Counted from the whole stretch's first letter, positions 48,478 to 61,934 are shown. The stretch: 63,980 bases of DNA, filler included, from Fonticula-like sp. SCN 57-25 (GCA_001724245.1; 4 parts of 4 records of this genome joined end to end with filler, not necessarily neighbours in it), one strand, 5' to 3'. Translations and numbers: made by a program. The notes: a model not told the origin generated them from the letters alone.

Positions 48478-50664
48478 ATGCCGATGCGGTACAAGCCGCA
48501 TGCTGCTCTATCCAGCGCTGGCAACGCGAGAGATGTTGCGAGCATATCGCTCAACCGCCTTCGGGCAATGATCTTGCGAAGTTTTTCGCTTTCATATGGT
48601 CTGGCGATCACTCTTCTCGTTCTTGCCAACAACTTTGCCGTTTTCGAGGTTGTAACGTTTGCCGTCATCATTGCCTACAGCTTTTATGTGGCATTTTGGT
48701 CGCGTCGCTTGGAGGACGTCAAATTCCACGGACTTGTACTATTGCTTGTATACAAGGCTTCTCTAAGTGCGCTTCTGTTTCGCTGCGGGGCGGCGACTGC
48801 CATCCACATCTACTTTCACCTTGGCAACTTTGTCTTTCCCTTGCTGGGCGCCACGTTCCGTGGCACGCGACTAGCGCTGTCCATGGCCGCCTACATCATT
48901 GTGGAGACTATTGTTCTGTACGGCATTTCTCCGGCTGAGAGCGCGGACCACTTTGGCCTTCTCGATTTGTCACCTGAGCAGTATTTGTTTGTACGCGTGG
49001 TCGTCGAGATCAACCTTACTATCCTGTCGACCGTCTTTGGCATCTCTTTCCACCTGTACGCCTCCAAGGTAATCACCACGCTTGCGGAAATGTCCGAGGT
49101 GCGCCGTCGCTTCATCTCCAACATGAACCACGAGATCCGCACTCCGCTCGTGGGTGTGCTCGGCATGGCCGAGCTGCTTCTCGCCGAGGAGCAGCTGTCG
49201 CCGTCGCTGCGCAGCAAGCTCGAGGTCATTGCGTCGAGCGGCGAGGCGCTGTTGCACCTCGTCAACAACATTTTGGACCTGAGCCGGATCGAGGCGCAGG
49301 CGGTCGTTCTCGAGCACCGCGCCGTCGACGTCGGACAGCTCGTCTCGGGCGTCCTCGGCATGTTTGAGGCGAGCGCGCTCGCAAAGGGCCTCCAGATGAT
49401 TGCCCACTTTGAGCCTGGCATTCCCGGGCAGATCATGACAGACCCGTACAGACTCATGCAGGTGCTCAACAACCTCGTTGGCAACGCCATAAAGTTCACG
49501 GAGCGCGGCCGCGTCACCATGACCGTCGACGTCCTCGACGCGCTCTGGCAGGACGAAGAAGAAGCTTCCGCAGCGCAGGGCGCGCAGCACCACCACCTTC
49601 CACTTCAACAGGGGCCATCGCTCGACGCGGCCACGAGCGCCGTGCCCGGCCAGCGCTACATCTCCTTCAGTGTCAAGGATACGGGTATCGGCGTCGCGCG
49701 CGGCGACGGCATCATCCTCTTCCAGCCGTTCTCGCAGGCCGACACGAGCACGACGCGGCGATACGGCGGGTCCGGCCTCGGCCTCGCGCTCTGCGCCGAC
49801 ATTGCGCGGCTCATGGGCGGCAAGGTCAGACTCGTCCGCGGCGACGCACCGGGCGCCGAGTTCCAATTTGCGCTGCCGATCATTCTGCCGGAAGACGGCG
49901 AAGGGGAGGCCCTGCCGCTCGGGGAGGGCGGCGAACAACTCTTCTTTGGCAGCGAGAGCGCCACCTCTGACTCGCCTCAAATTGGCAGCGCGCGCGGAAG
50001 CAACGTGGGCGACGCCACGTGGCAAAGGAGTGTCGTATCGGACCGCTTCGGCAGCGAGGAGAGCCTCGCCAGCGCTCGGTCGCAGCGCGCCGCCGCCGCC
50101 GCCGCTGGCGCCCACCAACACCACGTGGCCGCCATCAGCAGCAGCGCCGGCTCAGGCGCGTGGCAACGCACATTGAGCGCCTCGGACGCGTCGCCTGCGA
50201 GCGGCCGGCGGTCCACGCGGCTGCAGGCCAAGGCGCAGGCGCAGGCGGGTGCCCACATGGCCCCGTCTGTCAGCGCCCGCGTGCTCGTTGCAGACGACAA
50301 CCCGGTGAATGCGCTCGTGATGCAGCGGCAAATGGAGCGCATCGGCTACTCGTACACGATTGTCGGGTCCGGGGGCGAGGCCGTGGACGCGTACCTGTCG
50401 GACGACGGGCACACGTATGACGTCATCATCCTCGACTTGGACATGCCTGGGATGGACGGGCTGCAGGCGGCGCGCGCCATTCGGCAGGCCGAGATGGATG
50501 GCGGCAGCGGGCGCAGGGTGCCCATCGTCGGACTGTCCGCGGCAGACCCGGACATTGCGACAGAGTGCAGGAGAGCTGGGATGGACGACGCGCTTGTAAA
50601 GCCGCTCAACATGGCGGCGCTCAAGGAGTGCGTAGAGAGGTACCTGAAGCCAAAACGGCTTTGA
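48478..50664 (+). CDS. membrane hybrid histidine kinase (TM region-HisKA-HATPase-REC)
   Basis: MNHEIRTPL, NLVGNAIKFT, DTGIG, FSQADTSTTRRYGGSGLGL, VADDNPVN..DLDMPGMDG..KP. Intronless; start approximate. Confidence 0.93.
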   Translation: MPMRYKPHAALSSAGNARDVASISLNRLRAMILRSFSLSYGLAITLLVLANNFAVFEVVTFAVIIAYSFYVAFWSRRLEDVKFHGLVLLLVYKASLSALLFRCGAATAIHIYFHLGNFVFPLLGATFRGTRLALSMAAYIIVETIVLYGISPAESADHFGLLDLSPEQYLFVRVVVEINLTILSTVFGISFHLYASKVITTLAEMSEVRRRFISNMNHEIRTPLVGVLGMAELLLAEEQLSPSLRSKLEVIASSGEALLHLVNNILDLSRIEAQAVVLEHRAVDVGQLVSGVLGMFEASALAKGLQMIAHFEPGIPGQIMTDPYRLMQVLNNLVGNAIKFTERGRVTMTVDVLDALWQDEEEASAAQGAQHHHLPLQQGPSLDAATSAVPGQRYISFSVKDTGIGVARGDGIILFQPFSQADTSTTRRYGGSGLGLALCADIARLMGGKVRLVRGDAPGAEFQFALPIILPEDGEGEALPLGEGGEQLFFGSESATSDSPQIGSARGSNVGDATWQRSVVSDRFGSEESLASARSQRAAAAAAGAHQHHVAAISSSAGSGAWQRTLSASDASPASGRRSTRLQAKAQAQAGAHMAPSVSARVLVADDNPVNALVMQRQMERIGYSYTIVGSGGEAVDAYLSDDGHTYDVIILDLDMPGMDGLQAARAIRQAEMDGGSGRRVPIVGLSAADPDIATECRRAGMDDALVKPLNMAALKECVERYLKPKRL

Positions 50665-50956
50665 AGGCTTTTGTATATAGCTATTTTACGTGGGTTTTTA
50701 AGAGTATTTTGTAATTTGCACGCATGCAGTCTGCATACATAGTACAATTAAGTGGCAAGAACCGAAACTAGTCGAGGTATTCTCTTTGTTACAATAAAGC
50801 AACGCAAAACTAGTATGATATCTTTCCATTCCATACTGTTCCTGTATAGCCGGTGGGGCATACTTTACGAAGGCATCCCCATTATTCCTTGCCTAACCAT
50901 GATTTGACCAACGACTGGGTCTGATTCCGGGGCAGATTCGATCAGTGTCGGCCCCC

Positions 50957-51604
50957 ATGGGAAAAGGCGTGCTCAAGGTGCTGTTGTGCCTAGCGGCGGC
51001 TGTGTGCCTTGCCGCTGGCGCGTGCCAGACCCTCCCCGACCCCTATATTTCCGGCAACGTTTATGATTTGTCCCCGCTCACCGACAATTACGACGACTAT
51101 GACATTGAGAACACCCAGTGCGCCCATACTTTAGCCCCGTTTCGCCCGTGTTGTCGCTAACAAGTCTTTCCTCCCATTTTCATCTTTTTGTTTAAAGATA
51201 TAATGGGTACCGCTTCCGCATCAATGTATGCCGCCAGCTCATCACCGCGTGCGACGATCCCACCATGATGATTTGCGAGTACCGGCAGTCGTCCACTTAC
51301 TCGGCCAACCTCGGCAAGGTTGCCACCCTGCCGTCGCTCTCTGGCGGCCAGTTGGAGCTTTACGCGACCGGCGAAGGCAACTATGCTGCGCGCATCGAAT
51401 TCACCTGCAACCCGTCGATCGCGATTGGCATGCCCAAGTATTTCGATGAAGAAGTGTGCGTATTCTCGCCTTTTGCTTGCCATTCGCGCCCCTTTGATAT
51501 GCGTATTGGCTCACATTTGATGCGCGCACGCAGGGGTGTTGGCGGTGGCACTACGATCGTGTTCAAGTGGGACACGGCGGCGGCCTGCTCCGTGGCACCA
51601 GGCA

Positions 51605-51637
<33 letters not shown>

Positions 51638-51911
51638 GTGGAAGCAGCGGCGGCCTCTCGGGCGGCGACGTCTTCCTCATTCTCTTCTTTGTCGGCGGTT
51701 TCCTCTACATCGCCATCGGGATGGCCTACAAGTACAAAGCCAAGGAGCAGAGGGTACAATACTTGATGTTGCATGATCCATGTGCTAACCACAGCGAATG
51801 TAGGGAGTGGACGCGGTGCCAAACATTGACTTTTGGCGGTCGCTGCCGGGCCTCTGCGCCGACGGGTGCCGCTTCACGTGGCAGAAGCTGACTGGCCTCT
51901 GCGCCAAATAG
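50957..51911 (+). CDS. ATG27/mannose-6-phosphate-receptor-homology membrane protein, paralog 1
   Basis: Signal peptide, YDLSPL, FRINVC, IEFTC, WDTAAAC, poly-Gly linker, LSGGDVFLILFFVG TM, PNIDFW..DGCRF. Confidence 0.8.
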
Positions 51912-52337
51912 AGAAGCACTGCTCGCTACTTGGAGCTGTCTAGTAGCTTAGAGTGTGGTGTCGCATGTATACCGCATGTATACCGTAATTTGAGTGAAAA
52001 CGTTACTTTGTGGTTACCTTCCCGGCACGGGTATCATTGTGATATTGCTACCGCGCATTGCCTTTCTTTAAACAGTAAGTTTTGGCCACACATATGCACA
52101 CGAAAAGTCTCAGAAAAGTCTGCCGTGACGCCCAGTAAAACAACGTTTCCCATCCTGAAATGACCCTAGAATCAGGGGTGGATTTTCTTGAGTTTGGGGC
52201 AGACTATCCCTAGATTCAGGGGTGGAACGCTGCTGCAGCTGCGGGCGGAGGGAGTCGTCGAACCCGTGCTTCGATATAGATAGCTTCACTGTGACTCATC
52301 TTTCATCGCGCGCGGGCGTTTAATTCAGTGTCCAGAA

Positions 52338-53227
52338 ATGAAGGTTACTTTGCTGCTGGCTGCTATCGTATGCATCGCCGCCGCGCAGGACACGCCCATT
52401 TGCCAGCCTGTCGTTGATTCAGAGACTGGCGCCACTTACGATTTGTCGCCGCTGGCCAACGACATGATCGACTATGACATCCCAAACCCCGAGTATGTTA
52501 CACCCGGAACTCTCTATGCATTGGCTCTCCACTTACTCTGCGATGCTCTTTTTCCTCTCCTCCTTCTCTACTTTTTCTTTTCTCCTTGATAGGTATACTG
52601 ATTACCACTTCCGCATCAACGTGTGCCGTCCTTTGATTAAAGCCTGTGGTACCGCGTCGACCAGCATGGTCTGCGAATATCGCACTACGTCGTACGCGAT
52701 GAATTTAGGCGCCGTGACCACGACGCCGACCTTGTCCAACGGCGCCGTTCAATTGATCGCGGTGGCGGGTAGCAAAATGTCGCAGTTCGACTTTCAGTGC
52801 GACGAGACGATCCCCGTTGGCACCCCAGTATACGTCGATGAGGTTACGTGCGTGTCTTTTTCCTCTCGCCCTATCGGTAGCTTATGCGGGCGGTAGCTCG
52901 GGCGGCAAGGCGACTACGTACTTTACGTGGGCCACTGCGGCGGCGTGCCCAATCTACAGCGGCGGCCTCTCGGGCGGCGACGTCTTCCTCATTCTCTTCT
53001 TTGTCGGCGGTTTCCTCTACCTCGCTATTGGAATGGTCTACAAGTACAAGGTCAAGGAGCAGTCGGTACATTACTTGTGATGGCGCGCGACGTGCATGTG
53101 CTAACCACTGCGAAAATAGGGAATCTATGTGGTGCCAAACATTGAATTTTGGCAGGCGCTGCCGGGCCTCTGCGCCGACGGGTGCCGCTTCACGTGGCAG
53201 AAGCTGACTGGCCTCTGCGCCAAATAG
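52338..53227 (+). CDS. ATG27/M6PR-homology membrane protein, paralog 2
   Basis: Same motifs and same three intron positions as paralog 1. Confidence 0.8.
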
Positions 53228-53547
53228 ACTCGCTTGACTATTGCGCCTTGATTTTCGTTTTCGCCTTCCTTGTCCTTTCGATTTTCCGCCTGTGCCCCCA
53301 CAACCGGTCAGCGAATCGCTCTAGGTTATGTATAGAGTCGCTGGCCTCAATCTTGAGCGACCCCGCAACCTTTTTCTCTCCTTTCAATAGACTTTTCCTT
53401 GTTTCGCCTCGTGCCACTCTGATTGGGGAAAGCATTGAAACGCTATGGCTGGCACTCGTCGGTGACGCCCACTAAACCATCGTTTCCTTTAAACAAAACC
53501 ATCGCATGTCAATTATATATTGTTTGTACAGAATCAATGTGGTCAGT

Positions 53548-53990
53548 TTATGCTTTCGAGGGGTCCTTTGACCAAGAGACGATGACCTGCTCGTGCTCCC
53601 GCGGAAGCTTTGTGTAGTGCGGGATCTTGTGGATGCCCTTGGTGCCGCTCTTGTTGTACGGGGTGAGACGGACCGTCTTAAAGTACATGTCCTTGCTCTT
53701 CACCGGCTGAGGCGCAGTAGTCGTCTGCCATAACACAGTAAGAAATAATGGGAAAAGGGCGAGTGAACGTACCAGGGCTTTGAGGCCGGGCGCAGTCTGG
53801 GTGATCGCGTCCAGGACGCCGCGCACTTGCGCAAGACGATCGCGAACATTGCGCTTGCGCGTCGGGTTCAGCGACCACGGCACCTTGCTGAAAATACAAA
53901 CAGACATTAGACAATGAGCAGCAATAAGCAGGCGCGCAAAAAGACGCACTGTACGAGACCGCTGAGGGCTGCTACCGTCGACCGAAACAT
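53548..53990 (-). CDS. MRPL31: mitoribosomal large-subunit protein mL60 (yeast MRPL31-like)
   Basis: SGLV.KVPWSLNPTRKRNVRDRL..KDMYF..KGIHKIPHYTK. Two introns. Confidence 0.75.
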
Positions 53991-54134
53991 GATGCCGAGG
54001 ACTAACCACGAGTCGGACGATGATTTGAATCACGGCCACGTGCACTCTTTGATGAATTTACGCGATACCACAGAGTTTTGATATGGCGATTTTACGATAG
54101 AGTTTCCGGATTCTTTTCTCTCCCTTCCACGAGG

Positions 54135-55557
54135 ATGTTGAGCGCGCGTCGTCGGATGGGCGGGCTGGCGTCTGCCGCCATCGCGGCCGGCAGCGCGACC
54201 GTCGTCGCGCCTTCCGCCGCTGGTGCGCTTCGTCAGATGTCCAGCTCGCCGCCGCAGCACGGCGGTAAGGGCTCCCCGCCGGCTGGCGGACGCCCACCAA
54301 AGCGTGCTCAAGACACTGCTCGCTTCCTTCAGAGCCTCGCGGCGGAGGCCGCTGCCGGTGCGGAACCCTCTTCTTCGCCCTCTTTCCATATTTAAAATGT
54401 GCTAACTATGAAGGTACAGCGACGAATAAGCGCATGAATGAGCCGCGCGCGCAGGAGGATCGGTCGCGGGCTGCCAAGGCGCGCCCGACCGAGGACTTTA
54501 CGGGCATGTCTTCCTCGGAGGTGCTTGTGATGATGCTCGAGCGCCGTGCGTTATAAATTTCGCGCTGTGTTTTCCGTTGCTGAACCATTTTTGCGCAGAG
54601 ATCAAGGAGATTGAGGACAGCTTACGCCTTGATCAGCGTGCATTTGCGAATCTTGACCTCGACGAGGAGGCCGATCGGTACCTCGGTGATCACTCGTTCA
54701 CCGTTGATGAGGACCAGGCTTTCACGCTGGCCCGTCTTGCTCAGGCGGACGCGCTTGGCATGAACCTCCGCGAGCGCGCGCGCAGCTCAAAGTCTTATGA
54801 TGGCGAGGGCAACCGCATTGCCGATGACGACGACGACCTCTTCAAGGAGGACGACGGCTCGCTTAACATGGGTGAGGACGACGGCCCGGCGGGCGAGCTG
54901 GCCGACTCGGACGACGAGTCTGGCGTGTCGCACCCCGGCATGCTTGACACTGCCAAGCTGAGCCGCATCGCGCAGTTCCTCGGCAAGAGCGAGGAGGCCG
55001 CCGACTCGGATGACTCGTTCACCGATTCTGCTGTCACCCGGAAGAAGAAGCGCGTCGACCTCAAGAGGCAGTACAAGATTGACATCACGCACAAGGTGCG
55101 CGCTTTTCATTATTTATATTGTGGAAACTGAACGACGACTTGCAGAATCTGGAACTCTTGTCCAACTTTGTCTCGGACACCGGTCGCATCGTCTCGGCCC
55201 GTCAGTCTGGTACGCCCTTCGTTTTATGTTTGGTTTTTACTTCGCGTTTTATCCCCTCTGACTTGTCTGTGCTTTGTAGGCCTCGCGGCGCGTAGCCAGC
55301 GCAAGATCGCGCGCACCATTAAGCGCGCCCGCCACGCCGGCCTTTTGCCGTACCTCGCCAAGCTGCCCGAGTTTGCGCCGTACGAGCACATTGACCACCA
55401 GGGTCTCAAGAACGATGGCGGCGCGGCTGCCTTTGGCAATGTGGCGCGCGATTCGAGCGACTCGGATAGCGACAGCGACAGCGACGACGAGCGCGCCGGC
55501 CGCCCGCACCAGAACGCCGGGCGCAACATGAGCCTCAACGGGAGGCCCGCCCACTAA
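54135..55557 (+). CDS. mitoribosomal small-subunit protein bS18m with long N-terminal extension
   Basis: ITHK|NLELLSNFVSDTGRIVSARQS|GLAARSQRKIARTIKRARHAGLLPY; presequence-like start. Confidence 0.8.
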
Positions 55558-56025
55558 AGACGACAGAGATGCCGTATAAGAAATAATTAATTGCCATAGT
55601 GTGAGGGCTGGTGTGTGTGTAACATAGCGAATATACAAGTGGATATGGAATTCTGCATTTGCGAAATAGGATAAGGCGGGCAGGGGCCGATAGAAACACC
55701 CTGTCTACCACGCCAGCTGCATGCAACTCGACGGATATCATTGGGTAGATATCAAAAGTTATAATGGATAGCAAAGTCGTGAATAGTAGGGTGCCAAGCG
55801 ACCAATAAGAATCGGCGTCCGCCATCCGTCGGACCCCTTTGACCCCGGATTCCACCCCAATATTCTTGAAATAACCCCGCCGGAACCCTTCCTCCCCTGA
55901 CTCTCCCCCAAACATTTGGTTGATTTCCTTTTATGGCAGGCAGGTGACCTTTCGCACACGAGGCCGTCAAGTTCGTAGTTTCGTTTCAGCCTCGTGCATC
56001 GGGATCTCGAAGCCAAACAAGCAAA

Positions 56026-57983
<1,958 letters not shown>

Positions 57984-58289
57984 TGATTTTGTGATGGCGA
58001 CTTTAATGTTTGCTGTTCCAATCGCATCTTTCCGTTTATCTTAATCCGCCGCGCTACGCGGTATTTCGTAATGTCCTTGGGCGTTCGCGCCTCCATAATA
58101 AAGTGTTCTCAATTACCAATATCTTTGAGCTCTTCTGTGCGATGTGGCGTGTGGCACACAATATGACATGAACGGGCCGCTGCGCTGATGCGGTGATGCG
58201 GCAACGCAAAATTTTAGATCGATCAAAAAAATTCCACCATCGACTCAATTGGAAACAGAATATACATTAGGAACGACCGAGAGAAGGGT

Positions 58290-59172
58290 TTACTGCAAAG
58301 AGAGAAAGAGTGAGCATTCAAGTAGGAAAGAATTGAGATCAAGCGCACCTTCTTGGCCTTGCCGGTGGTAACCTTGGCCTTCTCGGTACCGCGGACCTTC
58401 TTGGTGCGGTTCTTGCGCTCCTTGCGCTGCTTGCGGGACGTCACCTCGCGCGTGAAGAGACCGATCTGTGATGAGCAGCGTGTTAATGATGGGTTTGCAG
58501 CCGAAATCAATAAAGCGTACGCGGCCGAGGCGGTACTTGGGCTCGAACTTCTTGAGGTCCTCAATGGTGTCGTAGATGAGGCCGAAACCAGTGCTGCGGC
58601 CACCACCGAACTTGCCGGCGAAACCGAAGACGACGACGTTCTCCTTGGGGGCCTTGTAGAGGGCGGCGAGCTTCTCGCGAACCTCATCCTTCGAGAGGTT
58701 GGCCTTGCCGGGGTGGATCACATCAACAACCTAAATTGCAAAAAAACATGCAAAAAAATGAAGAGGCAAAGGAGACGCGAGTGTGAGCAAACCGATCGGG
58801 CGGCACATCGACTCCAAAACGCACAAACTGCTTGCGCTTGAGCAGGCGGTTCGTGATGAACTTACGCGTACGAAGCGTGGCGGTCGCCGAATCAGCCTAC
58901 AAGACAATGGCAAAGCGGATGTCAGCCACAGAACACAGGCATGCGATAGAGCGGGATGCGTCGAGAGGATGCCGCCACCGTGGGCTGCAGACGGCGAGGA
59001 TGGATGCTCCACTTCAGCATCGGGATGACGGATGCGGCATCCACAGTCTATCCCGGCCGAGGCATCATCAAACATCCGCGCGCCCTGCGGCCTCCGGGCA
59101 TCCTCCTCGTTGCATAGCCTAAACCCCGGCCACCCATGCCCAAAACCCAAGCATTGCTGCTGGACGCACCAT
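58290..59172 (-). CDS. RPS24: 40S ribosomal protein eS24
   Basis: [62 protein letters not shown]-only first exon; stop-only last coding exon. Confidence 0.96.
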
Positions 59173-59357
59173 CCTGTCCGTCTGGGATGCGCCTAAGTGA
59201 GAGAGGCCGTCCCAACAGAGGTCACGGCACAAGAAGGATCACAATCTCGATCGCGATCGATCCAAAATTTTCGATCCGGATCGTTTCATTGTACATCACG
59301 GTCCCATCTGCCACTGCGATCCCTCTCTTTACATCGCCGTCGGGGTAACACGCAGGC
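59173..59357. promoter_or_regulatory. RPS24/RPL3 bidirectional promoter
   Basis: 185 nt between divergent ATGs; outward-facing CTCTCT pyrimidine tracts; GATC-rich core containing TCGATCCAAAAT (59257-59268). Confidence 0.7.
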
Positions 59358-60804
59358 ATGGTACGTGCAGGGAAAGGGCATGCTGGACTGTGGGGATGTG
59401 CCAAGTGCGTCGGATGCACCAGGAGATGCGCATGCCGTTTGGATGATGCCTAGATGCTCGCGGTTCCTGATTCTTATGGAGGATGGGTATTGTGCGATGC
59501 GATGGCGCATCCCTGTGCATCCGACCGCTTTGGCGCATCCTCGCAGTGTCCCAGTGGGCATCCATCGCTTTTGTGCAGTTGTCTGATGTGTGTGTGTCTT
59601 TGTTTCATAGTCTCACCGCAAGTACGAGGCCCCGCGCCACGGTTCTCTTGGCTTCAAGCCGCGCAAGCGCGCTGCCCGCCATCGCGGCCGCGTCAAGTCG
59701 TTCCCCCGTGACGACAAGACCAAGCCTTGCCACCTTACCGCTTTCCTCGGTTACAAGGCCGGTATGACTCACATTGTCCGCGATCTTGAGCGCCCTGGCT
59801 CCAAGATGCACAAGAAGGAGATTGTTGAGGCCGTCACCATCATCGAGACCCCGCCGATGACCGCCGTCGGTGTTGTCGGCTACGTCGAGACCCCCCGCGG
59901 TCTCCGTTCGCTCACCACCGTCTGGGCTGAGCACCTCAGCGATGAGGTCCGCCGCCGCTTCTACAAGAACTGGTACAACAGCAAGAAGAAGGCCTTCACC
60001 AAGTACGCCCAGAAGTACACCAAGGACAAGAAGTCGATCGACCGCGAGCTCGAGCGCATCCGCAAGTACTGCACGGTCGTCCGCCTCATCGCCCACACCC
60101 AGATCCGCAAGGCCAAGGGTGTTGGACAGAAGAAGGCCCACATTGCCGAGCTCCAGATCAACGGTGGCTCTGTCGCCGACAAGGTCAAGTTCGCCGTCGA
60201 CCGCTTCGAGAAGGACATCCTTGTCTCGGAGGTCGTCTCCCAGGACGAGCTCATTGACATCATCGGTGTCACCAAGGGTCACGGTTACGAGGGTGTGACC
60301 AAGCGTTGGGGCACGAGCAAGCTCCCGCGCAAGACTCACCGTGGTCTCCGCAAGGTTGCTTGCATTGGTGCGTGGCACCCGGCCCGCGTCAGCTTCACGG
60401 TTGCCCGCGCTGGTCAGGACGGTTACCACCACCGCACTGACGTCAACAAGAAGGTCTACCGCGTCGGCCAGGCCATCCACACCGTTGACGGCAAGGTTAT
60501 CAAGAACAACGCGTCGACTGAGCACGACCTCACCGACAAGAGCATCACCCCTCTCGGTGGCTTCCCCCACTATGGTGTTGTCGACCAGGACTTCATCATG
60601 ATCAAGGGCTCGTGCGTCGGTGTCAAGAAGCGCGTCCTCACCATCCGCCGCTCGCTCCGCACTCACTCCAAGCGCTGGGCTTCGGAGAAGGTCAGCCTCA
60701 AGTTCATCGACACCTCGTCCAAGTTCGGCCACGGCCGCTTCCAGACTGCCGAGGAGAAGAAGAGCTTCATGGGTGCCCTCAAGAAGGACAAGATCGATGC
60801 CTAA
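59358..60804 (+). CDS. RPL3: 60S ribosomal protein uL3
   Basis: [52 protein letters not shown]. Intron 59361-59610. Confidence 0.98.
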
Positions 60805-61056
60805 ACCTCTTTGTCGGCTTGTTATTCGCATAATGTATAATAGGCCTACTTTCACTTTTTTATTACTCTTAAAGCCCTACAGGGATGGTCCACAATAGCG
60901 CTGCCTGCAATTCACAAACAGTGTCACATTATGAACGTCGTCAATCGAGGCAGACTTGGGCTTTAGTGGCTTGCGTGATTGACGCTGCCCCTCAAGTGTT
61001 TCGTTTTGTCATAACAGGGTTTGATTCACTCCAGGGTCCTCCCGGCTTGGTCAACA

Positions 61057-61934
61057 ATGGCGACCGAAGTGTACGAGTCGACTCTTCTTCTTATCCGCGA
61101 AGTGTTTGTCTACCGCATTCCCCCTCGCGCTCATGCCAAGGGTCACCGGTACATACCCATATAGTGATTTTGTGGTATGTGCGGCTAACTTGGGGGGTAT
61201 AGGGCTGCCGATTGGGATGTGAACAACTGGCTTTGGAGCGGCCGCCTCCGCGTTGTGCGCCTCGGCGAAGAGTGTTTCATCAAGCTCGAGGACGGCACGT
61301 CGGGTGCGTTTCTGGTGCTCCTCTCTTTACTTTGTCCCCTAACGGATGATGGCAGGCGAGCTGTTTGCGCAGGCCCGCTACAATGAGGCCACCAATGTTG
61401 TCGATCAGGTCACCGACAGCAGCCGCTACTTTGCCCTCACCATTGAGAACGACCGCGGTACGACTAGCCTCTTTTATGTGGGTGGATAGGCAGAGGTCAT
61501 GAAAACTGCATACTGACGCGCTTGCTCCAGGCCAGCGGTCAACGATCGGCATCGGCTTCCAGGAGCGGAACCACGCGTTCGACTTTAACGTTGCGCTCCA
61601 GGATTTCACAAAACACCTCAACATTGAGCGGGACGCCGAGCGGCGCCGCGCCGAGTACGACGCCCAGCCCAAGAAGGACTACTCGCTCCAGTCTGGGCAG
61701 ACCATCTCAATCAACATCGGCGGCAAGATCGGCGCCCCCGCCCGGCAGCAACAGCAGCAGGCGACGTCGGCCGACTTTTCTATCAAGCCGCCGCCGCGCG
61801 CCGCCGCGCAGCCAGCGGCCGCCAACAAGGACGACTTTGGCGACTTTCAGAGGTACGATAATGGTCACCTGGTAGTGTGCTCACGCCTGCGCAGCTCGGT
61901 GACGACGGGCGTCAACAATTGGGCGACCTTTTAA
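61057..61934 (+). CDS. NECAP: adaptin ear-binding coat-associated protein
   Basis: VFVYRIPP, RAADW, GELFAQ, DSSRYF, IGIGFQERNHAFDFNVALQD, DFGDF, C-terminal WATF. Confidence 0.92.

Noticed and set aside
59361-59610. C/D snoRNA interpretation of the RP first introns
   Set aside because: There is no canonical RUGAUGA box paired with a terminal CUGA; the CTGA near the 3' end fits the branch point.
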